This document shows, piece by piece, positions 27,742-37,122 of a stretch of DNA of 64,000 bases (positions within the stretch are counted from its first letter, which is position 1; every line of letters begins with the position of its first letter). The DNA is taken from IMG/VR virus record IMGVR_UViG_3300043811_000050, positions 9,134 to 73,133 of that record; one strand, given 5' to 3'. Source of the DNA: a virus. The notes under the pieces were generated by a model. It worked only from the letters and a program-made list of their open reading frames with translations. It did not search any database and was not told where the DNA came from. The translations under genes and the position numbers were made by a program.

Positions 27742-29456
27742 TGGACAGCCGCATCACCTACCAACCCAAAACCGCCCCACGCGCCCATCAGGCCGAGGCG
27801 CTGCGCCGGCTTGACAACATGATCGTCTTCGCCCTCCTAATGGACATGGGCACCGGCAAGTCTAAGGTCATCCTCGACAAGTTCGGCGCCCTCGAGCTGA
27901 CCGGACAAGCCCACGACCTCGGAATCATTGCTCCAGCCGGCTCCATCACCAATTGGTATGAGGACAAGAGCGACCTGCAGCTGTCGCAGCTCAAGACCCA
28001 TCTGTCGGAGGACCTGTACAAGCGGCTGGCATGGGCAGTATGGACGTCGAAGCAGACCAGGAAACAGCAGGAGCGGCTGGAGTGGCTGCTGACCGTGACC
28101 AACAGGCCACGGGCGTTGTTTGTTAATATCGAGGCGCTGTCGCGGAAGATTAAGGTCAATCAGGCATATCAATACTGTGCAAAGTTCCTTGATACGAACC
28201 GTAAAAGCATTCTTGCAGTTGATGAATCAACTGGCATCCGCAACACCAGCCTACGTACCGAAGCGGTCCAGCAGCTCGGACGATTTGCAGACATCCGCTA
28301 CATCCTGACTGGACTGATCACACCAAAGAACCCCCTGGACCTCTACCGCCAATTCGAGTTCCTCGATCCCAGAATCCTCGGCTATTCCAACTTCGCCACC
28401 TTCCGTGCCCGCTATGCCATTGTCGAGCGGATATGCATGCTGCCACAAGAGCAAATCCGTAATACTTTCCTGGCCTGCGTCGGCATCAAGCGGGGGCAAT
28501 GCCTGCTATCGGACGGACTGCTGAGAAACAAATATGCCAAGGTCTACCCAAGACAAGACCCCTCCAGAATGCCGCGCAGCGAGCTGGTGGAGGGATTGCT
28601 AATTGCCGCCGACGGCATGAAGCGAGCTGATCTTGTCGAGGCCATCCTGGCCATGGGCGGGTACATCCAAAACGTCCCGCAGATCAAAGGCTATCAGAAT
28701 ATCGAGGAGCTGCAGCAGAAAATTGCTCCTTGGTCCTACCGCGTCACCAAGGATCAGGCCCTCGATCTGCCGCCCAAGATCTACCAAATACGGGAAGTGG
28801 CCCTGACAACCGAGCAGAAGAAGGCTTATGGGGAGCTGCTGGAGTTTGCCACTACGGCACTTGCCGGAGAGGAAACGGATACCGGACATGTTACCGCGTC
28901 TTCCGCAATTACCCAAATTGTCAAGCTGCATCAGCTGGTTTGTGGATACGGGGTGGATGAGCATGGTGGCATCAATCCGGTTAGATTTAACCGGATTGAT
29001 GCCCTGATAGAATTATTGGACGAATGCGAAGGCAAGGTTATAATATGGGCCGAATACCTGTATTCGATCTACCAGATCGTCGAGGCGCTGGAGAAAGAAT
29101 ATGGCAAGGAATCCGTTGCCACCTTCAGCGGGGCAAACAAGGCAACTCGAGGCCAGGATGAGCGACGTTTCCTTTCCGATCCGCTATGCCGGTTCATGGT
29201 TGCCAGCTATGCCGGATCGCTGGGTAATACTTGGATCAATGCAAATACCATTGTTTACTTTGCCAACACCTATGACCTGGAAAAACGCATGCAAAGCGAG
29301 GACCGCTCGCATCGCGATGGCCTGCGCCATTCGGTCACCTATGTTGACCTGATGGCAATGGGAACGGTGGATGAGAAAATTGTCAAGGCGTTGCGGAACA
29401 AGATCAACATGGCAACGGCCATAACCGGAGAAGGGTGGAAACAATGGCTGATCTAA
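27741..29456 (+). CDS. SNF2-family (SF2) helicase
   Basis: 'MDMGTGKS', 'DES', 'LTG', 'KLHQL', 'QSEDR.HR.G'. Confidence 0.9.
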   Translation: MDSRITYQPKTAPRAHQAEALRRLDNMIVFALLMDMGTGKSKVILDKFGALELTGQAHDLGIIAPAGSITNWYEDKSDLQLSQLKTHLSEDLYKRLAWAVWTSKQTRKQQERLEWLLTVTNRPRALFVNIEALSRKIKVNQAYQYCAKFLDTNRKSILAVDESTGIRNTSLRTEAVQQLGRFADIRYILTGLITPKNPLDLYRQFEFLDPRILGYSNFATFRARYAIVERICMLPQEQIRNTFLACVGIKRGQCLLSDGLLRNKYAKVYPRQDPSRMPRSELVEGLLIAADGMKRADLVEAILAMGGYIQNVPQIKGYQNIEELQQKIAPWSYRVTKDQALDLPPKIYQIREVALTTEQKKAYGELLEFATTALAGEETDTGHVTASSAITQIVKLHQLVCGYGVDEHGGINPVRFNRIDALIELLDECEGKVIIWAEYLYSIYQIVEALEKEYGKESVATFSGANKATRGQDERRFLSDPLCRFMVASYAGSLGNTWINANTIVYFANTYDLEKRMQSEDRSHRDGLRHSVTYVDLMAMGTVDEKIVKALRNKINMATAITGEGWKQWLI

Positions 29457-29671
29457 CAGACAGCATACTAAAAACTGCCCTCGATGAGGCTAAGAAGTTA
29501 GCTGTTTCTCTTCTTCAGCGCTGCAAGTCAGAAGAAGAAGTGATAGCTGTATCCATTGCTTTTGCTCTTGAAGCCAAGGTGCTATGGACCCATTTCGGCG
29601 GGTCGCGTTACGCAGCCGCCCAGTTTTATCGTTTGGCTGATAAATGCGTTGAGGAAGGAGACCCGCCATGA
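29444..29671 (+). CDS. Hypothetical protein
   Basis: Coupled ORF. Confidence 0.55.
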   Translation: MADLTDSILKTALDEAKKLAVSLLQRCKSEEEVIAVSIAFALEAKVLWTHFGGSRYAAAQFYRLADKCVEEGDPP

Positions 29672-30078
29672 GCCGCTCCGGTTACTCCGACGATGGTGAT
29701 CACTGGGCAATGATCCGCTGGCGCGGTGCCGTCACGTCCGCATTCCGCGGCCGACGCGGTCAGGCCTTTCTACAGGAGATGCTAACGGCGCTGGATGCGA
29801 TGCCGGAGAAGCGGCTGGTGGCGGAAGAGCTGGCCACCTATAGCGGCGAGGTCTGCGCTCTCGGCGCGGTGGGAGTGGCACGTGGCCTTGGGATGGGGGT
29901 GGTCGACCCTGAGGACTACGAGGGCGTCGCTGAGCTATTCCGGGTGCCTCGCGCGCTGGCCCAGGAGGTCATGTGGATGAATGATGAGGGCGCATACCGA
30001 ATCGAGACGCCCGAGCAGCGGTGGGTCCGCATGCGGGCATGGGTGGCAAGCCAAATCAAGCACGCGGAGAAGGAGTGA
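29668..30078 (+). CDS. Conserved phage hypothetical protein
   Basis: 'MSRSGYSDD...WRGAV.SA..G.RGQAFL', 'CALG', 'PE.RW..MR.WV'. Confidence 0.75.
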   Translation: MSRSGYSDDGDHWAMIRWRGAVTSAFRGRRGQAFLQEMLTALDAMPEKRLVAEELATYSGEVCALGAVGVARGLGMGVVDPEDYEGVAELFRVPRALAQEVMWMNDEGAYRIETPEQRWVRMRAWVASQIKHAEKE

Positions 30079-30548
30079 TGAGCGGTCCATGGCCCGAACA
30101 GGATATCGCCCTACTGAAACGCCGATGGGAGGAAGGTGCCACTGATTCCCAAATCGCTCACGAGCTGAACGGGCGGTACACGCGAAATGCAGTCATTGGC
30201 CAGCGCCACCGGGCCGGATGGATCGGACGCCCAGCCGGTGCCAAGGTCAGGCATGCACTTAGCCAGTCCAAGCGGACCGACCACGCCAGGCCGGTGCCAT
30301 ACGCGCCGCCGGTCATTGCCGCTGCTCTAGGAGAGGAGTGCCCAATCGTCGAGATTACCGTGGCCGAATCCGATCCCGGTAATATTGCCATTGTCGATCT
30401 CGAACCGCATCACTGCCGCTGGCCAACCTGGACCAGCGCGGAGAAAGGGGGTATGTATTGCGGCGCCAAGCGCCTGGAGGGCCACCCATACTGCGGGCCG
30501 CACTGCAGCGTTGCATATACCACCAAGACATGGCCGCAACGACTGTAG
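30078..30548 (+). CDS. gcrA: GcrA cell-cycle regulator homologue
   Basis: 'W......LK..W.EG.....IA..L....TRNAVIG..HR' and 'L....CRWP.......YCG......PYC..H...AY'. Confidence 0.9.
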   Translation: MSGPWPEQDIALLKRRWEEGATDSQIAHELNGRYTRNAVIGQRHRAGWIGRPAGAKVRHALSQSKRTDHARPVPYAPPVIAAALGEECPIVEITVAESDPGNIAIVDLEPHHCRWPTWTSAEKGGMYCGAKRLEGHPYCGPHCSVAYTTKTWPQRL

Positions 30549-30551
30549 AAG

Positions 30552-30770
30552 GTGAGAACAATGGACGAACTAATAGACTCGATCCTCGGCGAAAACAAGG
30601 GCCGGTTTGAGCGGCGCTCTTGTTTTCGGTGCGAGGGAACTGGCCGGCTGAAGGGTATCCGGGACAAGCGTATTAGGTCTCACGATAGACGTCGGCGAGC
30701 GTCGTGTCCGAACTGTGGCGGGTATGGGTTCATCGAAGTGTGCACACTTTTGCCGAGGAAAAGGAGCTAA
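30552..30770 (+). CDS. DnaJ-type zinc-finger small protein
   Basis: 'C..C.G.G' twice. Confidence 0.6.
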   Translation: MRTMDELIDSILGENKGRFERRSCFRCEGTGRLKGIRDKRIRSHDRRRRASCPNCGGYGFIEVCTLLPRKRS

Positions 30771-30863
30771 CCCGAGATTGTCTGCACAATCCAATATTGG
30801 GCGAGTGGAGAGTGAATATGGTCTGCATTACAAGCAACGCATCCCACTAAGAAGGATACACCA

Positions 30864-31118
30864 ATGTCAAACGCACTGAAAGAGGCCCAGTTCAGGCTTT
30901 GTGAGCAGCTTAACTGGCGTGGCCCTAGCGGAAAATGTATGGGCATTGTGACTCTTACCCGCGACCAGGCCGTGGCCATCCTCGACGGCCCCACCGATCC
31001 GGTCGCAGTGCTGGACGAAATTGCCCGGCTGGCGATGTCCATTTCCAGGAAAGAAATTGAAAAATATGCCGAAGCCGGAGGGATGTGGAGCGCGCTCGGC
31101 AAGTGCAAGGGAGAATGA
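30864..31118 (+). CDS. Hypothetical protein
   Basis: AAGGA RBS. Confidence 0.55.
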   Translation: MSNALKEAQFRLCEQLNWRGPSGKCMGIVTLTRDQAVAILDGPTDPVAVLDEIARLAMSISRKEIEKYAEAGGMWSALGKCKGE

Positions 31119-31357
31119 TTATGAACGAGGAAACCTTGGGCCGGGCTCGCCAGTTGATTGATGCCGAATTTGGCGACGGCTACGCAATGCGGCATCCTGA
31201 ACTTGTTGGCGCTTGGTTACAGGCCGAAGCCTCACACCGTATCGCAGATCAATTGAAATGGCTTGGCGTCGGCGACGCGGCTACCACAATGGGCGCGTTG
31301 GAATTCGTTGGCGTGGCGCTCGAAAAGATTGCGGCGGCTATCCTTGAGAGTACATGA
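31115..31357 (+). CDS. Hypothetical protein
   Basis: 'ID..FG.GYA..HPELVGA' motif; GGAG RBS. Confidence 0.6.
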   Translation: MIMNEETLGRARQLIDAEFGDGYAMRHPELVGAWLQAEASHRIADQLKWLGVGDAATTMGALEFVGVALEKIAAAILEST

Positions 31358-31385
31358 TGCGTACCGACAACTAAGGATAAAGCAG

Positions 31386-31583
31386 ATGTGCAACTGCATA
31401 GACAAAGTTAATGCTGACCTTTATCGCTCGTGGCAGACTGCCCCGTTACCATCCTGGGCGAAAGAAGGAAGTGGGCCACGAAGTATCCAGGCTCCGCCAG
31501 TGCGCTATGAAGACCTCATTCGTACTTTTGACGTCTGCCCTTTCTGCGGCACGAAGTATCCGTTAAGTCCTGAAAGTACGTGA
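31386..31583 (+). CDS. Small zinc-ribbon protein
   Basis: 'MCNCI' and 'CPFCG.KY'; AAGGA RBS. Confidence 0.6.
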   Translation: MCNCIDKVNADLYRSWQTAPLPSWAKEGSGPRSIQAPPVRYEDLIRTFDVCPFCGTKYPLSPEST

Positions 31584-33544
31584 TGCGCACCGACAGCTAC
31601 GGCCTGTTCTGGGAAGACGCGCCCCCCGAGCGCCGTAGCGCCGTCACCGGCCCGCGGCCGCTGCCACCTATCCCTGCGACTTCGTGGCAGTTGCCAGACG
31701 GCCCCGACGCCTACCCACGACTCAGCGGCCAGGGCTTCATTGCCATCGACGTGGAAACCTACGATCCCCAGCTGGCAACCCGCGGCATGGGTGCTTGGCG
31801 CGATGGGCGCTTGGTCGGGGTGGCAGTGGGAACCCAGGCTGGGTTTCGCGGCTATTACCCGATCGCCCACGAGATCGGTCCAAACCTGCCACGGGAATAC
31901 GTGCTGGAGTGGCTGGACCGAGAGCTGCGGACACCAGTTCCGAAGGTCGGGGCGAATCTGCTGTATGACTTAAGCTATTTGCAGGCCAATGGGGTCATGG
32001 TCGAAGGGCCATTTTATGATATCCAGATCGCGGAGCCGTTGTTGGATGAGACGCAGTTGTCTTATTCGCTGGAGAGCATTGCTCGCCGGAGACTGAATGA
32101 AGGCAAGGTCGAGGACGAAATGTCCAAGTGGCTTACCAAGGCATTTGGAGACGAGCATGGGATTAAGAATAACATCTGGCGCGCTCCGCCAGCGATAGTC
32201 GGACCCTATGCCGAAGGCGACGTCGATCTGCCTCTGCGGATATTCGAAAAGCAGAAGCTCGAGCTGGAATCTCAGGGCCTGTGGGGCTTGTTCATTATGG
32301 AATCCAAATTGATTCCGATGCTGGTTGCCATGCACCGCCGCGGAGTGCGCGTGGATATCCCACGTGCCGAGGAACTCTATGAGTATATGTCACGCAAGCA
32401 GGCCGCGGCACTTGATAAAATCAAGCTAGTCTCCGGGTTGGTTCCCGACCTGTGGGCCGCGGCCAGCCTTGCCAAAGTCTTCGACAAGGCCGGCGTCTCC
32501 TACCCGCGCACCGCCAAGACCAATGCGCCATCCTTCACCAAGGAGTGGCTGGCCCACTGCGAGCACCCGGTTGCTGGCCTCATACGTGAAGCCAGGGAGC
32601 TGGATAAGCTTAAGGAAACATTCGTCAAGGGTTTTATCCTGGAGGGGCACACCAATGAGCGCATACACTGCCAATTCAACCAGCTGCGGTCGGATGAGGG
32701 GGGGACTGTCAGCGGCCGGCTCAGCTCATCAAAACCGAATTTGCAGCAGGTCCCGATCAGAGGAGCAGAAGCCAAAATAATCCGGCAAGCTTTCATAGCG
32801 GAAATGGATCAGGACTGGTGGAAACTCGATTGGAGTCAGATTGAGTACAGGCTCATTGTCCACTACGCCGCCATGCTTCGCCTTCGTGGCGCAGAAGAAG
32901 TGGTTAATAAATATAACAACGACCCCAGCACCGATTATCACCAAGCTGTCGCCGATATGACCGGACTGTCCAGGAACCATGCAAAAGGCTTGAACTTCGG
33001 TCTCGCCTACGGGCAAGGCCTATGGCTGCTATGCCATAACCTTGGTGTCGACCAGCAAGAGGGCGAGCGCATCATTGAGGAGTATCACAGCAAAGCGCCT
33101 TACATACGCTTGCTTTCTCAACAGGTCATGGCCAAAGCGGCCAGGATCGGCGAAATACGGACCATGATGGGCCGAAAGCGCCGGTTCAACATGTGGGAGC
33201 GTACCGAGTGGAAGGATGGGCAGAAAAAGGCCATCTATTACAAGCAGCGTGAACCCGGAACTAAACGGGCCTTTATCCATGCGTCCCTCAACGCCCTGAT
33301 CCAGGGTTCCGCTGCCGACATCATGAAACTAGCCATGGTGCGGATATGGGAATCCGGAGTCTGTGGTGTCCTGGGGGCGCCGCACCTAACCGTACACGAC
33401 GAGCTGGATGGCAGCGCGCCCAAAACGGCCCAGGGACAGGACGCGCTGGCCGAAGTGCGGCGTATCATGGAAAACGTCGTCACGCTGCAAGTGCCGTTGC
33501 GGGCTGATGGCGGAGTGGGGGCGAATTGGGGGTCGGTTGTTTAA
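31580..33544 (+). CDS. polA: Family A DNA polymerase with 3'-5' exonuclease
   Basis: 'IDVET', 'YA..D', 'GRLSS..PNLQQ.P', 'D.SQIEYR', 'AK.LNFGL.YG', 'N.LIQGSAAD', 'VHDE'. Confidence 0.95.
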   Translation: MMRTDSYGLFWEDAPPERRSAVTGPRPLPPIPATSWQLPDGPDAYPRLSGQGFIAIDVETYDPQLATRGMGAWRDGRLVGVAVGTQAGFRGYYPIAHEIGPNLPREYVLEWLDRELRTPVPKVGANLLYDLSYLQANGVMVEGPFYDIQIAEPLLDETQLSYSLESIARRRLNEGKVEDEMSKWLTKAFGDEHGIKNNIWRAPPAIVGPYAEGDVDLPLRIFEKQKLELESQGLWGLFIMESKLIPMLVAMHRRGVRVDIPRAEELYEYMSRKQAAALDKIKLVSGLVPDLWAAASLAKVFDKAGVSYPRTAKTNAPSFTKEWLAHCEHPVAGLIREARELDKLKETFVKGFILEGHTNERIHCQFNQLRSDEGGTVSGRLSSSKPNLQQVPIRGAEAKIIRQAFIAEMDQDWWKLDWSQIEYRLIVHYAAMLRLRGAEEVVNKYNNDPSTDYHQAVADMTGLSRNHAKGLNFGLAYGQGLWLLCHNLGVDQQEGERIIEEYHSKAPYIRLLSQQVMAKAARIGEIRTMMGRKRRFNMWERTEWKDGQKKAIYYKQREPGTKRAFIHASLNALIQGSAADIMKLAMVRIWESGVCGVLGAPHLTVHDELDGSAPKTAQGQDALAEVRRIMENVVTLQVPLRADGGVGANWGSVV

Positions 33545-33558
33545 TGGAGGGATCGGAA

Positions 33559-33783
33559 ATGACTGTGGTAAAGCTGGAACACAAAGATTCAAACGGTATC
33601 GTTAAAATGTTTGAGGAGCTTACGGAAAAAGCCCGCGCCGGTGAATTTTTGACGGCCGTTTCCGTTTGTCTCATGCCTGGAAACAAATACGTTGTCCGTT
33701 TCAGCAGCTACAAGAACGGGATGGAACTCGTTGGTGCCTGCGAGTGCGCGAAGGCGGCGCTTCTAGAAGACATGAATCAATAG
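33559..33783 (+). CDS. Hypothetical protein
   Basis: GGAGG RBS. Confidence 0.6.
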   Translation: MTVVKLEHKDSNGIVKMFEELTEKARAGEFLTAVSVCLMPGNKYVVRFSSYKNGMELVGACECAKAALLEDMNQ

Positions 33784-33800
33784 CGATGAAGGAGGCGACG

Positions 33801-34460
33801 ATGAATAGGGCAAGCATAGCGTTTCTGTTGATGACAACCGCAGCGTGGGCGGATGTGATCCGCCCACAATGTCAGACTGAAGAATCACGTGGTCTGCGGT
33901 TCACTTCGATTGCCATGTACAAGGCGGCAGATGACTCCGACCCATGGCGTAGCTGTTCCAACTGCTCGCTGCCATCTTCAGTCGTTGATACTGGTCGAGC
34001 TACGCAGGAACGCTTTCGAGCGGAAGGACACGCCGCACTATTGAAAGCACGGGCACTGGAGGCCGCGCATTGCCCTGAGATCGCCGACGCGATCATGAAC
34101 AACATTCCAGCGACGGATGAAGAGAAAGCATCCATCACCACTGAATTCTCTGCATTGATGCAGAAGGAATATGAGCACACTCATAAGCTTCGAGTCTGGC
34201 AGAGAGAGCATCCGCAATGCGAACATGTCACTTGGTGGTGGGGCAGCAGAGGTGGATCGAAGGAAGATTTTGAGGGGAAAAACGGGCAATGTTCGGCCGA
34301 TGGAGCAGGCGAACAATGGCGTGGTACCAAAGACGACATGAAGATGTTCGACCCGGTGACCAATGAACTGATAGCGAAAGTATCGTGTGCCAACGCATTA
34401 CGGAAACACGGTTTTGGCGATGGCTCCTACGCCGATCCCAAGCTGTGCAGTGAAAAATGA
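33801..34460 (+). CDS. Putative secreted Cys-rich protein
   Basis: AAGGAGG RBS; signal-like 'MNRASIAFLLMTTAAWA|D'. Confidence 0.65.
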   Translation: MNRASIAFLLMTTAAWADVIRPQCQTEESRGLRFTSIAMYKAADDSDPWRSCSNCSLPSSVVDTGRATQERFRAEGHAALLKARALEAAHCPEIADAIMNNIPATDEEKASITTEFSALMQKEYEHTHKLRVWQREHPQCEHVTWWWGSRGGSKEDFEGKNGQCSADGAGEQWRGTKDDMKMFDPVTNELIAKVSCANALRKHGFGDGSYADPKLCSEK

Positions 34461-34762
34461 CTAGTCACCGCGTCACCCGTTGCCCCCACGGCCATCCCTA
34501 CACCCCGGAAAACACGATCTGGGTCACCAAGACCATTCGCCGCGGTGCCAAGGTCTTTGGTCCTTACCGACTGCGCGAATGTCGGACCTGCCGAAGCTTA
34601 GCCACCCTGATTGGGTATTATTACAAGGGGAGATCCAGGCACCGGCGCGCGGCGTTGGCCAGGAATCCGGACCTGTGGGTGCCGCCGCATGAAGTGCTGG
34701 TGCGGGCGGCGGCTTCCGTACAGCGAAGAAAGCTTCTCCGAGGCGCATGCCATGGACAGTAA
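34457..34762 (+). CDS. Zinc-binding protein resembling the HNH-associated 'CxxGH..ENT..CRxC' module
   Basis: 'CPHGHPYTPENT' and 'RECRTC'. Confidence 0.6.
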   Translation: MTSHRVTRCPHGHPYTPENTIWVTKTIRRGAKVFGPYRLRECRTCRSLATLIGYYYKGRSRHRRAALARNPDLWVPPHEVLVRAAASVQRRKLLRGACHGQ

Positions 34763-35111
34763 AACCAGGTTCCTGCTCGGAAAGATGGTAGGTTTGCTCG
34801 GGAGCGACCATGACGGCGAAGTTGTTGCTGCGGCTAGGCAAATCCGGCGCTTGTTGGAATCCAAAAGGCTCACGTTTGGCGATTTGGTGGCGTTGGTTGG
34901 CGGGCCGGAGAGCGTGAAGGGTCGAGCCGCCACTGTGAAGAACGGCACATGGGAGATGGCCGAAAGGATCCTCGAAAATGAATTGATGATGCGCCCGCAC
35001 GAAATACGTTTCGTAAAAGATGTTGCGGCGCGGTCGCAGGCTTGGGCGCATTTTAGGATGACGCCCAAGCAGTCCGGCTGGTTTTCGTACCTTTATGCGC
35101 GGTACGGCTAA
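34752..35111 (+). CDS. Hypothetical protein
   Basis: 'LLGSDHDGEVVAA', 'E..FV', 'T.KQ..W' motifs. Confidence 0.65.
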   Translation: MDSKTRFLLGKMVGLLGSDHDGEVVAAARQIRRLLESKRLTFGDLVALVGGPESVKGRAATVKNGTWEMAERILENELMMRPHEIRFVKDVAARSQAWAHFRMTPKQSGWFSYLYARYG

Positions 35112-35118
35112 AAAGCGC

Positions 35119-35249
35119 TTGCGCGCCGACCCGGTCCCATGTATAAGGGCATTCGACACACATCCTTAATTGGATGAGTCGACGCCTGCCGGGGTTACAC
35201 CCCACGGCTGACATAGGTGGCGCGACCTGGACCCCCAGGCGCGCCACCT
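35119..35249 (+). ncRNA. Candidate small structured RNA with its own promoter
   Basis: TTGCGC-N17-TATAAG followed by three consecutive hairpins (35153-35182, 35188-35208, 35215-35249). Confidence 0.4.
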
Positions 35250-35269
35250 GCCGTTAGAGGGAAAAGAGG

Positions 35270-35815
35270 CACATAGCTACCATACCCCGGCCATAGGTTA
35301 CCCAATTCCCACACGGTAAAAAATATCTAGGTTTGTCAATGGGTTACCAAGGGGGTACCATGTCTCTTTTATGCCACATAGATTTTGTAATTTTCTTACA
35401 ATTTATTGAAATTGTTAGGTTTTTTGGCACAATTCCCCTATACTACTAGCACATAGCACCAGCGTGATGTAAGAATAAAAAAAACAAAAATCGTAAAAAA
35501 GCTATGGTAGGTATGGTGTGTCCGAATAGCACCTTAGTAAGTATTGAAGAAAAAAAGGGCATGTGGTAAAAATGTGACATATGGTAGTAGTATAGCCGGT
35601 ATGGTAGGGTACCGTAGGTTGTAGTGTTTTTAGCGATTATGCTTAATTGCCCGCGCGCAAAGGTCGGAAAATATAATGATCTCAATTACCTGGGTGCTAT
35701 GGTAAATAGTAGTAGTATATGGGAATTTGGCGTTTTTCTGTAATGATTTCAATGGGTGTGGTATTTAGGTGCGCTGGGGTCGAGGTAATGGCGGTGTTTA
35801 GGTGTGGGATGGTGC
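35270..35815. repeat. AT-rich non-coding region with short iterated motifs and long-range inverted repeats (candidate origin or packaging site)
   Basis: TACCAT/ATGGTA and ATAGCAC motifs; 35431-35460 inverted at 35693-35727. Confidence 0.55.
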
Positions 35816-35988
35816 TAATCCGCCGCTGGAGCGGTCAGGGTGCGATTTAAGATGGGGTAGGGTGGTGGGAGGCGCCTGGCTGGTTGAGCGCACCACGGGC
35901 CACGGCTCGCAGGCCACGGGGCTGTTAAAACAAAACTTGTAGACGCTGTGGTTTTGCCATATATGGGTTTGACCCCTTGGGAGCGCTC

Positions 35989-36492
35989 ATGCCCTGGATT
36001 GTCGCCCGCACTGTACCCGGAGCCGAGAGCAAGGCCCTGCTGCATGTCGAGCGCGGGACGGGCGGCGAATGCTATCTCCCAAGGTTCAGGCAGGCTCGAG
36101 TGGTCTGTCACCGGCGCGTGCTGCGAATGCAGGTCTTGTTCCCCGGCTACTTGTTCGTGGCTGCCATGAAGCGTTGGCACTGGCTGCTTGGGACTATTGG
36201 TGTTCGGGGGGTGCTGATGAACGGCGATCGCCCAGGCACCATTACCGACGAAGAGGTAGACCGGTTGAAGTCAGCCCACGATGAGGATGGCTTTGTGGTG
36301 CTACCTGGCCGCCCGGATATCTCCCGCTTTGCATCCAATGAGCCGGTGCGTGCCATCAATGGACCGTTTCGTGATCTGATAGGGTTGCATGAAGGCCTCG
36401 GGCCGCATGGGCGCTGCCAGATTCTGTTCGACCTGCTGGGTAGAAAAGTGCGTGTGGCGATTCCTGAGGAAGACTTGGTTTCGGCTGCTTGA
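35989..36492 (+). CDS. nusG: NusG-family antitermination factor
   Basis: NGN 'LFPGYLFV...T.GV' and KOW 'V....GPF..L.G......R..IL..LLG..V'. Confidence 0.9.
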   Translation: MPWIVARTVPGAESKALLHVERGTGGECYLPRFRQARVVCHRRVLRMQVLFPGYLFVAAMKRWHWLLGTIGVRGVLMNGDRPGTITDEEVDRLKSAHDEDGFVVLPGRPDISRFASNEPVRAINGPFRDLIGLHEGLGPHGRCQILFDLLGRKVRVAIPEEDLVSAA

Positions 36493-36496
36493 CGCA

Positions 36497-36513
36497 GCGC
36501 CTCGGGCGTTTTT
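36497..36513 (+). terminator. Weak intrinsic terminator between nusG and terS
   Basis: GCGCC-TCG-GGCGT-TTTT. Confidence 0.45.
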
Positions 36514-36570
36514 CTTGTGCAGCTCCTTGGCCCGATGCTGGCGAGGGAGAGATGCGGAGCGTTTGACAAC

Positions 36571-37122
36571 ATGGAAAGGGGTCGACCATCAGCGTACAAG
36601 GCGGAATATGCTCAGGTTGCAAAAGAGATGTGCAAGCTGGGGGCAACTGATGCTGACTTGGCAGATGCATTTGATGTTGCCATTGCTACCATTACAAATT
36701 GGAAAAACACCCGCCCGAATTTTTTGGCAGCCTTAAAGGGCGGAAAGCATGAGGTTGATAATCTCGTCGAGCGGTCGCTGCTCAATCGAGCATTGGGTTA
36801 TTCCTTTGATGCTGTTAAGATTTTTTGCCATGATGGTGAGATAATCAAGGTCCCATATCGCGAGCACATTCCACCGGACACCACGGCTTGTATCTTCTGG
36901 CTCAAGAACCGGCGCCCGCAGGAATGGCGCGACAAGCACGATCTGAACGTCAATGGAAGAGTCAACGTTAACCACAGCCTCGTCCCCTCTGATATCGCAG
37001 CCCTCGCCGCCGGCGACCTCGATGAACTTCAGAGAAAGTATTCTGAGACGCTTGATCTGGTCGCTGAAGTGCAGCAAATCCCAGCCGCTTCGGATGATCG
37101 AACGCGAGAAGAGCCGGCGTGA
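36571..37122 (+). CDS. terS: Terminase small subunit
   Basis: 'GRPS.Y', 'LGATD..LA..F.V...TI..WK', 'PPDTTA.IFWLKNR.P..WRDK'. Confidence 0.9.
   Translation: MERGRPSAYKAEYAQVAKEMCKLGATDADLADAFDVAIATITNWKNTRPNFLAALKGGKHEVDNLVERSLLNRALGYSFDAVKIFCHDGEIIKVPYREHIPPDTTACIFWLKNRRPQEWRDKHDLNVNGRVNVNHSLVPSDIAALAAGDLDELQRKYSETLDLVAEVQQIPAASDDRTREEPA

Noticed and set aside
28430-28680. Intein in SNF2 helicase
   Set aside because: No C-terminal HN followed by C/S/T and no LAGLIDADG blocks.
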